This document shows positions 1-13,738 of a stretch of 64,000 nt of DNA, piece by piece. The notes below the pieces were generated by a model. The model did not search any database and had not been told where the DNA came from. It saw nothing but the letters and a program-made list of their open reading frames with translations. Made by a program: the position numbers and the translations under genes. Source of the DNA: Mobula birostris (lineage: Eukaryota); contig NC_092378.1 of the NCBI RefSeq assembly GCF_030028105.1, forward strand, positions 100,305,731-100,369,730, given 5' to 3'. The stretch's first letter is position 1. Every line of letters begins with the position of its first letter.

Positions 1-1039
1 TACCCACCAAAACACCATAAAAGTTCCCTCATATTTTAATTGCTCTCTTCCCCAAGCCTCTGCACAGTGCAACATCCCGTCCTTGGTGATTTCAATCTCT
101 TGATTTATTTTGCATTCTCTTTAAAATTCATCACTCTGCCACATGTCCTGAAACATTTTTTCAAAGTAAAGCCCATTGTCTATGTTCTTTCTCAGCCACT
201 GTAACAAAATACTATTTCTATTTTGACAGCAACATATACTAACTTCCTGAATGTCATACTCTTCACACTCCCCTCACTTCACCAAACCCCAATTCCCTCC
301 AAGTCTACTCCAAGAAAATGTCTGCCCTTAAATTTAATTAGTGATATTTTCAGAATTTTGTCTTTTGGCTTCATTTCTGCAACTACTGGTATGCACAACC
401 AAATGCTTTCTCCCACTTTACATTCTCCAGTTACTAAAATAAACCCTCACCATTTCATTTCCTAGCTAAAGTGGGTATTTCCACTCTCTTAAATAGAAGA
501 CTGCAGATTTGAACAGTAGTAACTACTGAATCATGGCTTCACACTTTGACCGTATTGTCTTCTCCCTACTCACTGGGACAAAATTCTAGGTTGCCTCACA
601 CTCACTCACTCTACAAGACCCAACGCTGAACATATCTGCTCCTCTACTTTCCCTTGGTCTCTTCTAACTCACCTCATCACAAGATGCATCCTTTGATTTG
701 ATTACTACAAAATTTCTGGCAACTCAATTTCCCTTTTAGCCACTTATAGTAACTGACAGATTCACAATGTACCACTTCCCTCACCTTTAATCACCAGCCA
801 TTTCCTCAACTTAAAAAAAAGCCACCTTTGTGAACAATGCTCTTTTCAGCCTTTGCTGTATGAAATCCCCAAATCTGTAATCACTTACTCTGGAATTCTT
901 TGTCTGAATATCTTCACACAGTGTTGTTTCCTGCATACAATTCTCTCTCCTGCTCAAAGACATCCCTTAAAACTTACCTCGCTAACAAAGCTTTTAATGA
1001 TCTGACCTTTTATCTCCTAAGTAGATTCAAGGTGTGGTG

Positions 1040-1560
1040 CAACATAGAAACAGGGCCTTCAGCCCACTTCATCCATGCTGACTAAGGAGCCTTCCTCAGC
1101 TTTCAATTGCCTCTCAACCTTTCCTATCTCACCAAACTTCTTTTAAACACTAATTGTACCCATCTCTACATTTTCTCTGGCAGTTAATTTCATAATACCA
1201 GAATTATGAGTCTGGTAACATCACCTTGTGAGAAACTTGCCATCAGGTCTCCTATAAATCTTTCCCCTCTTACCTTAAACCTATGCCCTTTACTTTTAGA
1301 CTCTACTACCTGAAGAATTGGACGGTGAATATTCACCATGATTTTGTAAATCTATACAGGTTCAACGCTTGGCCTCTATCCCTCCAGGGAAACCAATCGT
1401 AGCGTATGCAATCTCCCCTTGTAACAGAAGCTCTCCACAGCCACCACCATCTTTACGAATCATTTCTGCACCGTCTCTAGCTCGATCACATCATTTCTAC
1501 AAATGTAAATCAGAGATGCACACAATATTCCAGGTGCAGCTTCTCAAAGTCCTGAAGTAG
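1040..1560 (-). mobile_element. Degraded CR1 LINE 3' fragment
   Basis: Reverse complement resembles the CR1 3' region at 17100..17650 (gggccttcagccc, accttaaacctatgccct). Confidence 0.6.
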
Positions 1561-2611
1561 CTGGACTCTGATCTTTTTGTTTGAACACTCATGTGAAGCA
1601 CTTGGGAGACATTTTCACTATGGAAGCGATACAATTTGTCACTCTCTCACTCAGGTCCGCTCCAGTACTTAATAAGATCATAGCTAATCTGATTGTCAGC
1701 CTTGACTCCACACTCTTATTATGATAGCCTTTCACCTCCTTAGCAAGTGGGCAACCCCTAGTTCCAGATTCTCCCAGAAGTGCAAAGAGCCTCTTCACAT
1801 CTGTTTGGTGTACAGTATTTCAATTTAGCTATTCTTTATTATTCACTCATAAACACATAGGACAAGAAGATAAAGCAGACTGAGAAAATTAGCCATGAAT
1901 ACTTTCAATAATGCAGTAGGCTTGAGGGTACTGTTCTCCAACTTCTCCACAACTCTTCCATTCTACGTATTAGCAAAGTAAATCATCTGAGGAGGCCTTC
2001 CAACACACCAATGTCCTTCACTAAATAAGAAACATAACAGATGCTGTCTCACTAATTCTCCAAAGACATGAGGCACTTTTGCATTCAATTCACCTGTAAT
2101 AAACAATAACAGTCAGCTTTCCTAATCACTTGTACATTGCTTTTTGCAGAACACTGCAAGATTTTGAAAGCTCTGCAATCGCCCACCACTTACATTTCCT
2201 ACAAGGATGGAAAAGCTCATTTTTCCAAATTATATTCCACTTGTCAGATCTTTAACCAAATTATAACCCATTTCTCTTTACAACAACCTCATATTCCCCT
2301 CACAGTTTACCTAAGCATTGCTGAAGTTGTTATTCGAGGCTCTGAATTCACAATAAACACTATATAAATGCAAATTTCTTTCTTACCCACACTACACTTT
2401 CACTTAATCGTCCTGACCTTGACAACGGACAGGACAGAGATCAATGGCACTTCTTCCAAGTCTGAACCCTGGTTTCAAGGAATGACTGCAGAAAATTTTC
2501 CGGACGGAACGGAGTACTTACCAGGAACCCCCAGGAACCCCACATCACCCCATCCCCACTCCAGTGTGGGTCCCTGCCCGGGTCAGAGTCACGCTCTAGC
2601 TTTCTCATTAC

Positions 2612-2773
2612 CTGAGCCGCGCTCGATGCAGTGGGAGCCTGCCGGCTGAAACCGTGGAGGCAGTTTCTGCCGGCCAGGACAGGGAGCTGGGTCCCGTACA
2701 CCAGGCCTGTCCTTGGCCCACCCCAAGGTTGCAGCCACCAGCGGAGGCACCGAGACAACACGCGCGACGCCAT
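2612..2773 (-). CDS. NDUFAB1: NDUFAB1 (mitochondrial acyl carrier protein) coding exon 1, transit peptide; remaining exons lie left of the window
   Basis: 54 codons MASRVLSRCLRWW...SSAAQ ending at donor CAG|GTAATG. N-terminus matches recalled human MASRVLS. Arg-rich with no acidic residues. Sits in a CpG island, syntenic with PALB2. Exon 2 not found in 1..2600. Confidence 0.85.
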
Positions 2774-2930
2774 CTTGGTCGGAATTCCAGCGTGCACCGC
2801 GGCGCTCATTACACAGCTTTAGTTTAAAGGACGCGCATGCGCACGCGAAACTGCGCTGCCCCGCTTCCACGGTAGGCGGCGCAGCGGAGCGAGGCCGACC
2901 GGACCGAGCCCGCACGTTGGCCAGGCCTCC
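2768..2930 (-). promoter_or_regulatory. NDUFAB1 CpG-island promoter with an NRF1 site and a YY1 motif over the ATG
   Basis: CGCGCATGCGCA at 2832..2843 is the NRF1 consensus. CAAGATGGCG on the minus strand overlaps the start codon and is the YY1 core. Both are typical of nuclear OXPHOS genes. Confidence 0.7.
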
Positions 2931-3896
2931 GCCGTTCATTGTTCAGCACTGATCTTCCACACCAGCATTATTTTTGTTCTCTCCTGATACCTAACTTACA
3001 GAAACTGATCAGTGCCGTTAATGACGGCCAGTGCTGAATTCCAAAGTCAGCATCCTCTGATTAAAGAAATTCCTTCACACTTCACTTCTAAATGGGCTTT
3101 TCCCTGGTTTAGAGAATTTGGACCCTCCTCCTTCAGCTCTGAACTCCTTTACCAGGGGAAGTGTCTATCCTTCAGGGTCTGTAAGGGTGCTTAATGTCAA
3201 CTGTCCATTTCCCTCCTCAGATGCTGCCCAACCTGCTGATTTCCTTTAGTGCCTTTTCAGTTGGTTACAGCTGCAGTTTAACAGCTCCAGAGATGCAAGT
3301 TCAGTGCTGACCACCAGTGCATCCCGACTGGATGTTGTATTGTCCCTTCACATGCTCTAGTTTCCTATCGTCTTAAATATGGTACAAGCCGAGAGACAGA
3401 TTGATTGCCGTAAACCAGCCCTAGTGTGCAGATGAGGGAAAAAATCTGAGGAGTGTTGACAATGCAAGGAAAATAAAATGGAATTAGAGTACGATTAGTG
3501 CAAACAGGTGCTCAGTGAACCAAAAAGCCTGTTTCTCTGCTGCCACCCAGATGAAATCTCCACATAGATTACGCATTTGCCAAAGGAGGTCTGGGAAAGG
3601 ATGCAATGATCCTTGTTAACATTTGCCCTGAGTAGAACATAGAACAAAGGTATCTGCAGCACATTACTGGCCCTTTGGCCTACAATGACATGCCCACCAT
3701 GTAACATACTCTAGAAACTGCCTAGAATTTCCCAACCACATTTTTCTAAGAGTCTCCTAAAAGACCCAATTGAGTAGCTACACACAGAGGATTCTATGCA
3801 CTACAGACGGTTCCCAAGGGCCTGTGCCATATTTAGTTAAAGAAGCACCTTGAGCTGTCCAAAACGTGTTGGTCTTCCACTGTAAGGAGAAATCTA

Positions 3897-5496
3897 CAAA
3901 CCCCATTTCCAGAAAAGTTGGGATATTTTCCAAAATGCAATAAAAACAAAAATCTGTGAAATGTTAATTCATGTGAACCTTTATTTAACTGACAAAAGTA
4001 CAAAGAAAAGATTTTCAATAGATTTACTGACCAACTTAATTGTATTTTGTAAATATACACAAATTTAGAATTTGATGGCTGCAACACACTCAACAAAAGT
4101 TGGGACAGAGGCATGTTTACCATTGTGTTACATCACCTTTCCTTTTAATAACACTTTTTAATCGTCTTGGAACTGAGGATACTAATTGTAGTAGATTTGC
4201 AATTGGAAATTTTGTCCATTCTTGTTTGATATAAGACTTCAGCTGCTCAACAGTCCGTGGTCTCTGTTGTCTGATTCTCCTCTTCATGATGCGCCATACA
4301 TTTTCAATAGGAGATAGATCTGGACTAGCAGCAGGCCAGTCAAGCACACACACTCTGTGTCTACAAAGCCATGCTGTTGTAACCCGTGCAGAATGTGGTC
4401 TGGCATTGTCCTGCTGAAATAAGCATGGACGTCCCAGGAAGAGACGTCGCCTTGATGGCAACATATATCTCTCTAAAATCTTAATATAGGCCTCAAAGTC
4501 AATGGTACCTTCACATACATGCAGCTCACCCATGCCATGGGCACTGATGCACCCCCATACCATCACAGATGCTGGCTTTTGCACCTTTCGCTGATAACAA
4601 TCTGGACGGTCGTCTTCCTCTTTGGCACGGAGAACTCAATGACCGTTTTTTCCAAAAATTAGCTGAAATGTGGACTCATCTGACCACAGCACACGGTTCC
4701 ACAGTCTTTCAGTCCATCTGAGATGAGCTCGGGTCCAGAGACCTCACCGGCATTTCTGCATAAAGTTGATGTATGGCTTCCTCCTTGCGTAATACGGTTT
4801 CAAGTTGCATTTCTGAATGCAGCGACGGACTGTGTTGAGTGACAATGGTTTTCCGAAGTACTCTCGAGCCCAGGTGGCTATAATTGTCACAGTAGCATGA
4901 CGGTTTCTTAGGCAGTGCCGCCTGAGGGCTCGAAGATCACATGCATTCAACAGTGGTTTCCGACCTTGCCCTTTACGCACTGAGATGTCTCTGACTTATC
5001 TGAATCTTTTCACAATATTATGTACTGTAGATGTTGAAAGACCTAAATTCTCTGCAATCTTGTGTTGAGAAATGTTCCTTTTGAACTGACTAACAATTCT
5101 GTCATGAATTTTGGCACAAAGGGGTGAGCCCCGACCCATCCTTGCTTGCAAAGACTGAGCCTTTGATGGACGCTACTTTTATACCCAGTCATGATACCTC
5201 ATCTGCTACCAATTAGCCTGCTTAATGTGGAGTCTTCCAAACCGGTGTTACTTGAATATTCTGTGCACTTTTCAATCTTATTTTAACTCTGTCCCAACTT
5301 TTGTTGTGTTGCAGCCATCAAATTCTAAATTTGCGTATATTTACAAAATACAATTAAGTTGGTCAGTAAAACTAATGAAAATCTTTTCTCTGTACTTTTG
5401 TCAGTTAAATAAAGGTTCATATGAATTAACATATCACTGATTTCTGTTTTTATTGCATTTTGGAAAATATCCCAACTTTTCTGGAAATGGGGTTTG
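3897..5496 (-). mobile_element. Full-length Tc1 (DD34E) DNA transposon, 1600 bp
   Basis: TA at 3895-96 and 5497-98. TIRs of ~210 bp start CAAACCCCATTTCCAGAAAAGTTGGG, with AAAAGTTGGGA repeated internally. Confidence 0.95.
4117..5139 (-). pseudogene. Tc1 transposase, 340 codons in one frame, with premature stops
   Basis: Starts [15 protein letters not shown]...[11 protein letters not shown] has 34 residues between D and E. In-frame stops at 4996-98, 4744-46 and 4636-38. Confidence 0.9.
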
Positions 5497-8142
5497 TACA
5501 AGTGAATGCTTACTGACTGGGACATCCCAGTTGTACAGTATATGTTAAGGAACACATTGAAGCTCCATACAGCCATTGCAAATGCTTTATTTAGAAGAAC
5601 CACAGTTCAGAGACATGTCAGCACTGCAGACTGTGGGCTGGACCATGTGCACCAGTTTCTTAAACACGAGAGGTACCGACAACCTGTAAAAACAATATAT
5701 TGATGTATAATGAATATTGAGAAAGAATTCCAGGAATTCAACATCCTCTGACTGAGGAAGTTCTTTCTCATTTCATTCCTTAATGGGTTTCTCCCTGATT
5801 TAGAGAATGCAGATGCTCCACTTTAGTTCTGTACCCTTTGGCCAGGGCAAATATCTATCCTTCAAAAGTCTGTAAGGGTGCTTTATGTCAACTGAATGTA
5901 TTCACACTACATATGATAAGAAATGTATTTGAAATTAAAAATAACCCAATCAGAACAGGAAGTCCTTTTAAAGGTCCAGCTTGTATAAAGGAAAATGTTC
6001 TTTGAAATTGGAGTCTGGTGTTGCGAGTATTTTATGTCATAAATCATATGTTGGTTATTGAAAGATATGTAATAAAAAGTTAAAGAAAACACCTTTCTAA
6101 AATTGAACACAAAATATTTTTCTTTACATCTACATTTTAACTATTGCTTTTAAGATTATTAGTTCATGGAATTTTTTTTATATTTCAGATAATATTGAAT
6201 CTTGTCTTTTATTACAATTTCTTTTACTACAATTCATTTTGTCCTTTGTATTTTGATGCTTTCCCTTTTTATTTCATTATCAACCATAGAAAGTTTTATC
6301 TGTTAAATAACAAACAGCAGATCCAGTCATCAAGCTGAGAACAGCAAAGAAAGACTTCTATCAATACAGTGCCTATTACAGCCTCAAAAATTTAAAAGCA
6401 CTTGCCAGATGAGTGCTTCAGAAATGCAGTCATTGATGTTATATAGGAAATACAGTAAGCTATTCATCACAAATAATATAATTATAACTAGAAACCTTTT
6501 AGCAATGTTGCTTGTAGTATAATCATCCAAATACTGCAAAAAATCCTGTTCTTCAAATCAGAGTTGTACATGGAAATGAACCTCAGTCTAACAGCAAACT
6601 GGAAGGCAGTGCTTCTTCAGTCATGCTCTACAATATTACGCTTAACTTTTGTGTTTAATTTTCTTAAGTATGACTCAGAGGCAACATTGCTACCAAAAAT
6701 GCCATAGCCAGCAGCCCAGTACCCTGTTACCAGAAATGATCCCAAAGCTGATTAATTTCTCTTGCAACAGTTTAGTGGCTGATTAAATTTGATACTTTGC
6801 CACTCCACTTCCTCTTGGAGGTGTCATTTAGTGTTTGGAACCTTCACCGACACATCAAAACTCCAAGGTAATCCTCCCTTCATTCATAATGATTTGCAAA
6901 TTTGTTTCAGTAATTGATCATATGAATATTGCTTTGGGTTAGCAGCTCTACGTCTCTGTGGAATATTGCACTTTAGCACTTGCGGTTGCCATGGTTACAT
7001 GGCTTGTCCATCAATTCCCCACTTTTGAGTAGGGTTTCTGATGGTCCTTGCTACCTTGATGTGCTGTTTCCAAAGGGAATCTCTGCAGTCAGTTAATTTC
7101 CCCTCACTCGGAGCAACGTGGGAGCTTTCCAGCCACGGTACCCAGCATTCTGTGGAACATGGTGTATGGAGACTATACAATTATAAAGTTTTGATTTGAC
7201 CAGGGGCATTCTATGCTGTACATACAACTGAAAATGTGAGTAGATCTTTGTAAACTGTGGCCAAATAATTCAGAAAACCCAAACAATGATGAGAGGTTAC
7301 AGAAAGATTAGGTTAAAATGTTCCAATATGTACAGAAAGAATGGCTCCAAACTACTGCAAGCTAAATTGTATTAAGAACATAATTTCTGCATATGATCCC
7401 CACTTTATTGGCCAATGATGTTTTTATTCAATATTTATAAAGTGCATAATAGAAACTGATTAGCTTTATTTATTAAATACAGATTTGCAACATTATAATC
7501 TCTTATTTATCTTATACTTAATTAAGTACAGTTACTCCAGGTTTGGAAACAAGTGACCTGTGCCAACTTTTCAAAGATCGACCTCTGTTAATGGGACAGG
7601 CAACAAGCCAAAACAGCCACATGGAAGTAAATCAAGGCTGGCTTTACTGTTACTGGATAGGAAAACAACTCAGATTTTCCAAATTTATGTCTATCAACAG
7701 TGACCTAGAGGAAAATATAACCTGCTTGTTTACCACCTGTCAAAACAATTTATAGTGCTCACCCAGGACTACCCTACAAGTGCATTTGGAAAGGAACAGT
7801 TTAACTACAGCAGTTAAACACAAAACAAATCTTCGTATCTAAACATAAATATTAAATAGTTATGCACTGAAGTGTACTGACATTTTTACAGAAATAATCC
7901 CAGCAATTTGCAGCACACCCCTGTAGCAAAATGGCACTGTACAGAACTCAGCAAATCAATCCAAACATTACATTGTGCACATAAACCACAAGTCACTTAG
8001 TTCACACTGAAGTCTTATTTGTCCTGCAGAATTTTGGTGCTTGTCATCCAAAAAAGAATATACACAGGTTTCAGATACAGAAATTATAACCCAGTTTATG
8101 CTGTATAATCTTGAGCCAGCAAAATATTCACTCTGTTCTGCT

Positions 8143-8347
8143 TCATGAGCATTTGTACACATACACAGTGCTATCGTTCTTTTTGGCCAGGAGACACGAG
8201 TCCTCCTCTGCCCAGTAAAATAGTGACCAGTCCCCACTGGGTTGATGAATGGTTGAGATGTTGCCAGACAGTACATCCCAAAGTACCAGGGTTCCGGGAG
8301 TTACAATTGCAGCGATGGACTGGCCCTTCACACCTCCATCAACATAC
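8143..8347 (-). CDS. PALB2: PALB2 last coding exon (14; human exon 13), end of WD40 domain
   Basis: YVDGGVKGQSIAAIVTPGTLVLWDVLSG...VYVYKCS* aligns to human [28 protein letters not shown]...FVYHYS. Acceptor tttaatCAG, phase 2. Confidence 0.93.
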
Positions 8348-10026
8348 CTGATTAAAGAAATAATGGTCAATGAATAAAGTGAGGAAAGTAACCTTCCTAT
8401 AAATGTGTTATTGACTCAATTAGGAAGAACATCTGGATAACATGATCGACAGATGGGTTACAGTGCAGGAGGCCATTATGCTTAACACAGCCCTATGCAA
8501 GTTTAATCCAGGTGGTCTCATTCCCTGCAAATCCTTTAACTTCAGATGCTTATCTGGCCCTTTTTGATTTCTACAAGTGAATCTTCCTGCACTGTTAACA
8601 CTGGCAATGTATTCCAAACCCAAACTATTTATTGCGTAAACACAGTTTTCCCCCTCATATTAATTGTGGTTCTTTTGCTAACCGCCTCCATTCTACATTT
8701 ACCTGATCTACAAGAACATGATACATAGAAAGTGATGTGAAAGCTCAAAAGGCAATTGCACAGAGGCCCCCAGGAGTTCTTATACACAAATTACTGGTGC
8801 AGGAAACAATTAGAAAGGCAAATGGGGGTGTTGTATTAAATTTTGTAAAACTTTGGATGAAAGTCGGAACAGTTCCAAGTGACACTTTAACTCTTTGTGA
8901 GCTTGCAGCATGTGAGGTGTCTGTACAAGTTAAACACTGTAGGTTCGTTAATGTCTAATCTTTGCAGATAGTGGCTGGATTCTTTCCTGGCCTCAGGTAC
9001 TAATGGCATGAGAACAAAAGACCAAAATGTTTATGTCCCTGTGGGTCTCTCACACTTGCAGAACTCCTATTGAAACCAGGCATGAGAATAAAAGATTAGA
9101 GTTTGTACGTCTCCCTACGCTTGTGGAACCCCTACTTATTGGGGCACCATTCCATTGCCCTCGGTTCTCGGGACTTCGCCTAGACCGAGGAAATCGTGAT
9201 TGGTGCCCAGGCACCAGTCAGGATCAGAATTCCCATAACAACAGTGAAAATCAAGTGGGTTCGTTTAGGAGTTCAGGAATGAGTGAGAAACGTTGATTCA
9301 TAACAATCGTTTATTTTGAAGTTTAGACAAAGGATAGAGCATTTGAAACTAGGTGAGGAACTGAGGAGCAAAGCAGAGATTAAAGATTCAATACATTTAA
9401 TGAAAAGATAGAGCCTTTGAAAAATCTATTACCTTTATACTCGAGGTAACAGAAATTCCTTAGATAGAGATAAACAAATTAACGGTTGAACAATTGTATC
9501 ACGTGGGTTTGAAAAATGCAAAAGGTATATGTAACTGCTATAACACCTTCTGCCAGTAGGCAGAGGCAAAACACCACATACTGTATTGTGAAAAATACAC
9601 CAGTTTGTTAAAGATACAAATCGTCAATAAAAAAAAAACAACTGATTCTGATAATGGGTTAACAATACTTCAGGGAGAGAATACAAATGATGAAGAGAGA
9701 AACAGAGAGAGCTGACAGCACAAGGAAGCCAGGTTTATGCTTGATATCTGACACTGAAACAAAGGATGACTCTACTCCTTTTCCCAACCACACAGCTGGA
9801 GAAGCTAACTTCATGGTAAACAATGCTAATCCACAAATTGATGAGAAAATACAACTTACAGAGCAATTGTTCTGAAAAGGCTGCAATGTATGCATTTAAC
9901 ACAGAGCCTAATTTTAATATTGTGCTTGAGAGTCGCCAATCCGCCCACAGATATACTGAGCATCAAAAAGCTTTTTTTTAAAATATCAGAAAGTATTAAT
10001 GTACATATTGTACAGATGAAGCTTAC

Positions 10027-10184
10027 CTCCCACTGCATTCCACAGGGATGGTATATGACATGACTGGTCTACTTTTCCCATTCATGGGATTAACGCCAAC
10101 CGTTCTCAAAACACAGACTTGTCCTCCAACCGATCCTTCGCAGGTCCCAATGTATCGATGACTGAGAGTAATGAACAATACTCC
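10027..10184 (-). CDS. PALB2: PALB2 coding exon 13 (human exon 12)
   Basis: GVLFITLSHRY...VGVNPMNG...MSYTIP aligns to human GLLFIVLSHP...INPKT...MLYCLP. TAG acceptor, GTAAGC donor, 158 nt. Confidence 0.92.
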
Positions 10185-11522
10185 CTAAATTTTAGAAATA
10201 AAATAATTATTACTAAATATCTGTTACAGAAGGGAACAGTCAACTTTAGCTTTACAGATTTACTACAAACTGTAATTTAGAAACAGCATTCATGATTTAA
10301 TTGCCCCTTCTATTTACTAAGGGACAACTCTCTGGATTATAATCCTTAAATCTATGCATACTTGGTGAAATTCATAAACATTGCATACCTGTCTTTGATC
10401 ATAATGACCTAGGAGAGTAATGTAATGGCAGAAATAAAACTGCAAAAGTACAAAAGAACGCAGAGAACTGAGCAGCACACAAATGCTGGAGGAACTCAGC
10501 AGGACAGAACTAATTTTGAGAAGAGGTGACTGGGGAGAGGACATGCAGGGGTAAATTCTTGATAAAAACACTAATTGACATTACTTTCTTTCCTTGCTGA
10601 TGGCTATTTAAACAAGAAGTCAAGCAGTCAGCAGGTCCAGAGACTGTAGTCCTCTCACTCATTGGCATTCCAAACAAAGTAAGTCAAACTGAAGGTTGCT
10701 AGTCCAGAGTTAAATTGTACCAAAGGGGTACATCTGAGTTTTGAAACAAGAGCAGCAAACATTCCACTTTCCTTCTGGTTTACTGATTTGTTTTTAATAG
10801 CAATCTTCTGCCCTCAAATCACCAGGGCTTGGAATGCAATAATTATGGATTCTTCTTTCAGAGTCAGTTTTGCTTTATTAAAATGTAGTAAAGCTTGCTT
10901 TTAAATTTAAGTAACCATCTCCTTCCTGCAAAGTGCTTGTACTTACTGTATCCAACATTACCTGTTACTCTGAGTCTCACTTTAATATATCATCTTTGGA
11001 TTGTGACTGTATCAACAGGAATCAACAAAATTCAAGCTAAGATTCTTTTCATCAATTATAATTTTTCCCCATTCAAGGCCCCAAAAATCCTTCTAGGTAA
11101 GGCAACACTTCCCCTGCGAATCTGTTTTGAAAATCTACTGTATCCAGTGCTCCCAAAGGGCCTCCTCTACATGGTGAGACCAAATCTAGATTAGAGGACC
11201 GTTTAGCTTTGAAACTTTGCTCCATTCACAGAAAAAGCAGGATTTCCTGGTGGCCAACAATTTCAATTGCAATCACCGTTCCCATTCCAACATGTCGGTC
11301 CATGACCTCCTCTACTGCCACATTGAGACCACTCTCGGGCTGGAGGAGCAACACCTTGTATTCTGTCTGGGTAGCCTCCAACCTGATAGCATTTCTCTAG
11401 CTTCCATTAATTTTCCCTCCCACTCCAATTCTCTCTTCTTCAATTCCCCACTCTGGCCTTTCTCAACTCACTTGTCTATCACCCCCCCCCCCCCCCCCCC
11501 CCGGTGCCACTCCTCCTTCCCA

Positions 11523-13223
11523 TTCAGAACCAGGTTTAATTTCTCTGGCATATGCCGTGAAATTTGTTTTGCAACAGCAGTACATTGCAATACATCAAAA
11601 ACTATAAATTGCAATAAGTAATATGAATGTGTGTTTTCAGGTTCCCATACTTCCTCCCTGATGGTAGCAATGAGAAGGGGGCATGTCCTGGGTGATGGGG
11701 TCCTTAACCATGGGTGCTGCCTTTTGAAGGTGACCTTGGTGTTGGCGAGGCTAGTGCCCACGATGGAGTCGGCTGAGTTTGCTACTTTATGCAGCTGTTC
11801 CCAATCCTGTGCAGTGAGCCCTCCATACCAGACGGTGATGCAACCAGTTAGAATGCTCTCCACAGTACATCTGTAAAAATTTGCATGAGTCTTTGGTGAC
11901 ACACCAAGTCTCCTCAAGCTGTTAATGAAACGTAGCTGCTGTCATGCCTTGTTCGTAATTGCCCAGAACTGTTGTTGTTGAGTGCCCTCGAGTCATCATC
12001 AACTCATGGCCACCCTATGGATGGTGTAGTTATCCAATGGGGTTTTCGTGACAAGGTAAGGAAGAAGATTGCCAGGTCTTTCTTCTGCGCAGATACCGCT
12101 GCTGCCCAGGTTGGGACCCGGCCGGATTCAAACTCAGGAACATTCGCCTGCAAGTCCAGTGCTGATGCCACTACACCACTGGCCAGCCCAGGATAGATCC
12201 TCAGAAATACTGACATCCAGGAACTTGAAGCTGCTCAACCTATCTACAGCTGATCACTCGACGAGGACTGCTGTGTGTTCCCTCGACTTCCCTCCTGATG
12301 TCCCTGGTCAATTCGTTGGTCTCACTCTTAAAATAGCTTTCCGCAGGTTGTATCTGGACTTCTTGTGTAGTTCTAGATCACAGGTCTTGATTGCCGCAGA
12401 TCTAGTCCTCAGCAGACAATAAATCTCGTGGTTCCTCCTCAGTTTTTGGATTGGGTATGTCTGATATGTTTTCAAAGGCACACACTCACCCACACTGATC
12501 CTCATGAAGTCGGTGATAACTGTGACATATTCATTCATTTCTGAAGGTGAATCCTTGAATATACTCTAATGACTCAGAGCAGTTTAGTAAATGTTTGACT
12601 GCCTCCCTTGACCATCTTTTCCTGGTCCTCACAACTGGTGATGTGCTCTTTAGTCTCTGTCTTTACGTTGGGAGTATTAATACAGCCAGGTGATTGGACT
12701 TTCCAAAGTGCGGGCGTGGGACAGCAAGAGAAGTGTTCTTGACGGTGGTATATAATGGTGGTCAAGTGTGTTGGTTCCTCTCTATCTACAGGTGATATGT
12801 TGGTGGTACTTGCTCAAAGATTTCAAGCTGGCCTAGTTGAAATCCCTGCAATTATAGGAAAGGTATCAGGGTGCACTGTTCTGTGACAGCTGATCACAAT
12901 GCTCAGCTCCTCCAGTGCCTGCCTGACGATGGCCTGGGGTGGAATGTACACTGCTACCTAGAAGATAGTAGAAAACTCCCTTGGCAGATAAAATGGACAA
13001 CACTTGACCCCTAAATGTTTCAGGTCGGGTGAGCAGGTCTGTGCACCACAATGAGTTCACCATAAAGCATACTCCCCCTCCTCCACCTCTAAAGGACTCA
13101 ACTGATGTGTATTTGCAGAGAACGGTGAAGCCATCAGGCTGCAACACAGCATCCAAAGTGGCGGCAGTGAGACATGCTTTCGTGAAGCAAAGTACACAGC
13201 AGTCCCCGACATCCCTCTGCTAT
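11523..13223 (-). mobile_element. Rex1/Babar-type LINE, internally deleted
   Basis: FYRCTVESILTGCITVWYG RT C-terminus and APE fragments (GGGVCFMVNSLWC). Same 3' end as the copies at 35073 and 61284. Confidence 0.75.
11971..12188 (-). mobile_element. tRNA-derived SINE with RTE-like tail, inside the Rex1 copy
   Basis: Minus strand shows A box TGGTGTAGTGG, B box GAGTTTGAATCC and a (CAA)n tail. Confidence 0.75.
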
Positions 13224-13738
13224 CAGAATTCTGCTTCTCCAGCCCTTTACCTATTGTACCTATCACCTCCCAGCTTCATATCCCTCTCCCCCACCCACCT
13301 GATTTCACCTATCTCCTTCTAGCTTGTAGTCCTTCGCCCTCACTCCACCTTCCTACTCTTAGCTTCTTCCACCTTCCTTTACAGTCCTGATGAAGTGTCT
13401 TGTCAACAGAACGTCAATTGTTTATTCATTTTCATAGATGCTGCCTAATCTGCAGAGTTCCTCCAGCATTTTCTACATGTTCTCTCCTATTGGTTTGAAA
13501 TGCAATCAGAACATAGGAGGTGACGGCTACTCATTCACAAAAGGCTCCTAGTAAATAGTTTTGAATTATATGCAGTATTCCATTCGATCCCCAGTATCAT
13601 TGAATCTATTTTATTACACATCCTTTCTCATTATTCTGCTACCAATGCCCTTGCTGGAAGCAGCAATGGCACAAAGGAGTGTTTTGTGAAATGATTGCCA
13701 CGGTCCGTAGTTCCAAAGTTAAAACAGCTGTTCCTTAC

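Larger units (their letters stand above)
11079..13480 (+). mobile_element. Penelope-like element 3' part (GIY-YIG remnant plus terminal repeat), split by a Rex1 insertion at ~11523..13223
   Basis: LLYMVRP.. and LEEQHLVFCLGSLQP GIY-YIG-type remnants. Pyrimidine-rich tail and a degenerate hammerhead at 13383..13420. Similar to 36180..36830. Confidence 0.75.

Noticed and set aside
2774-2809. 12-aa N-terminal extension of NDUFAB1 from an upstream in-frame ATG
   Set aside because: The second ATG matches the ortholog start and has strong context. The upstream ATG probably lies at or before the TSS.
11481-11501. Poly-C run as a G-quadruplex element
   Set aside because: It is an expanded homopolymer within the Penelope pyrimidine-rich tail.
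12115-12188. tRNA gene
   Set aside because: It has A and B boxes but no proper acceptor stem or T-run terminator, and it continues into a SINE body and tail.
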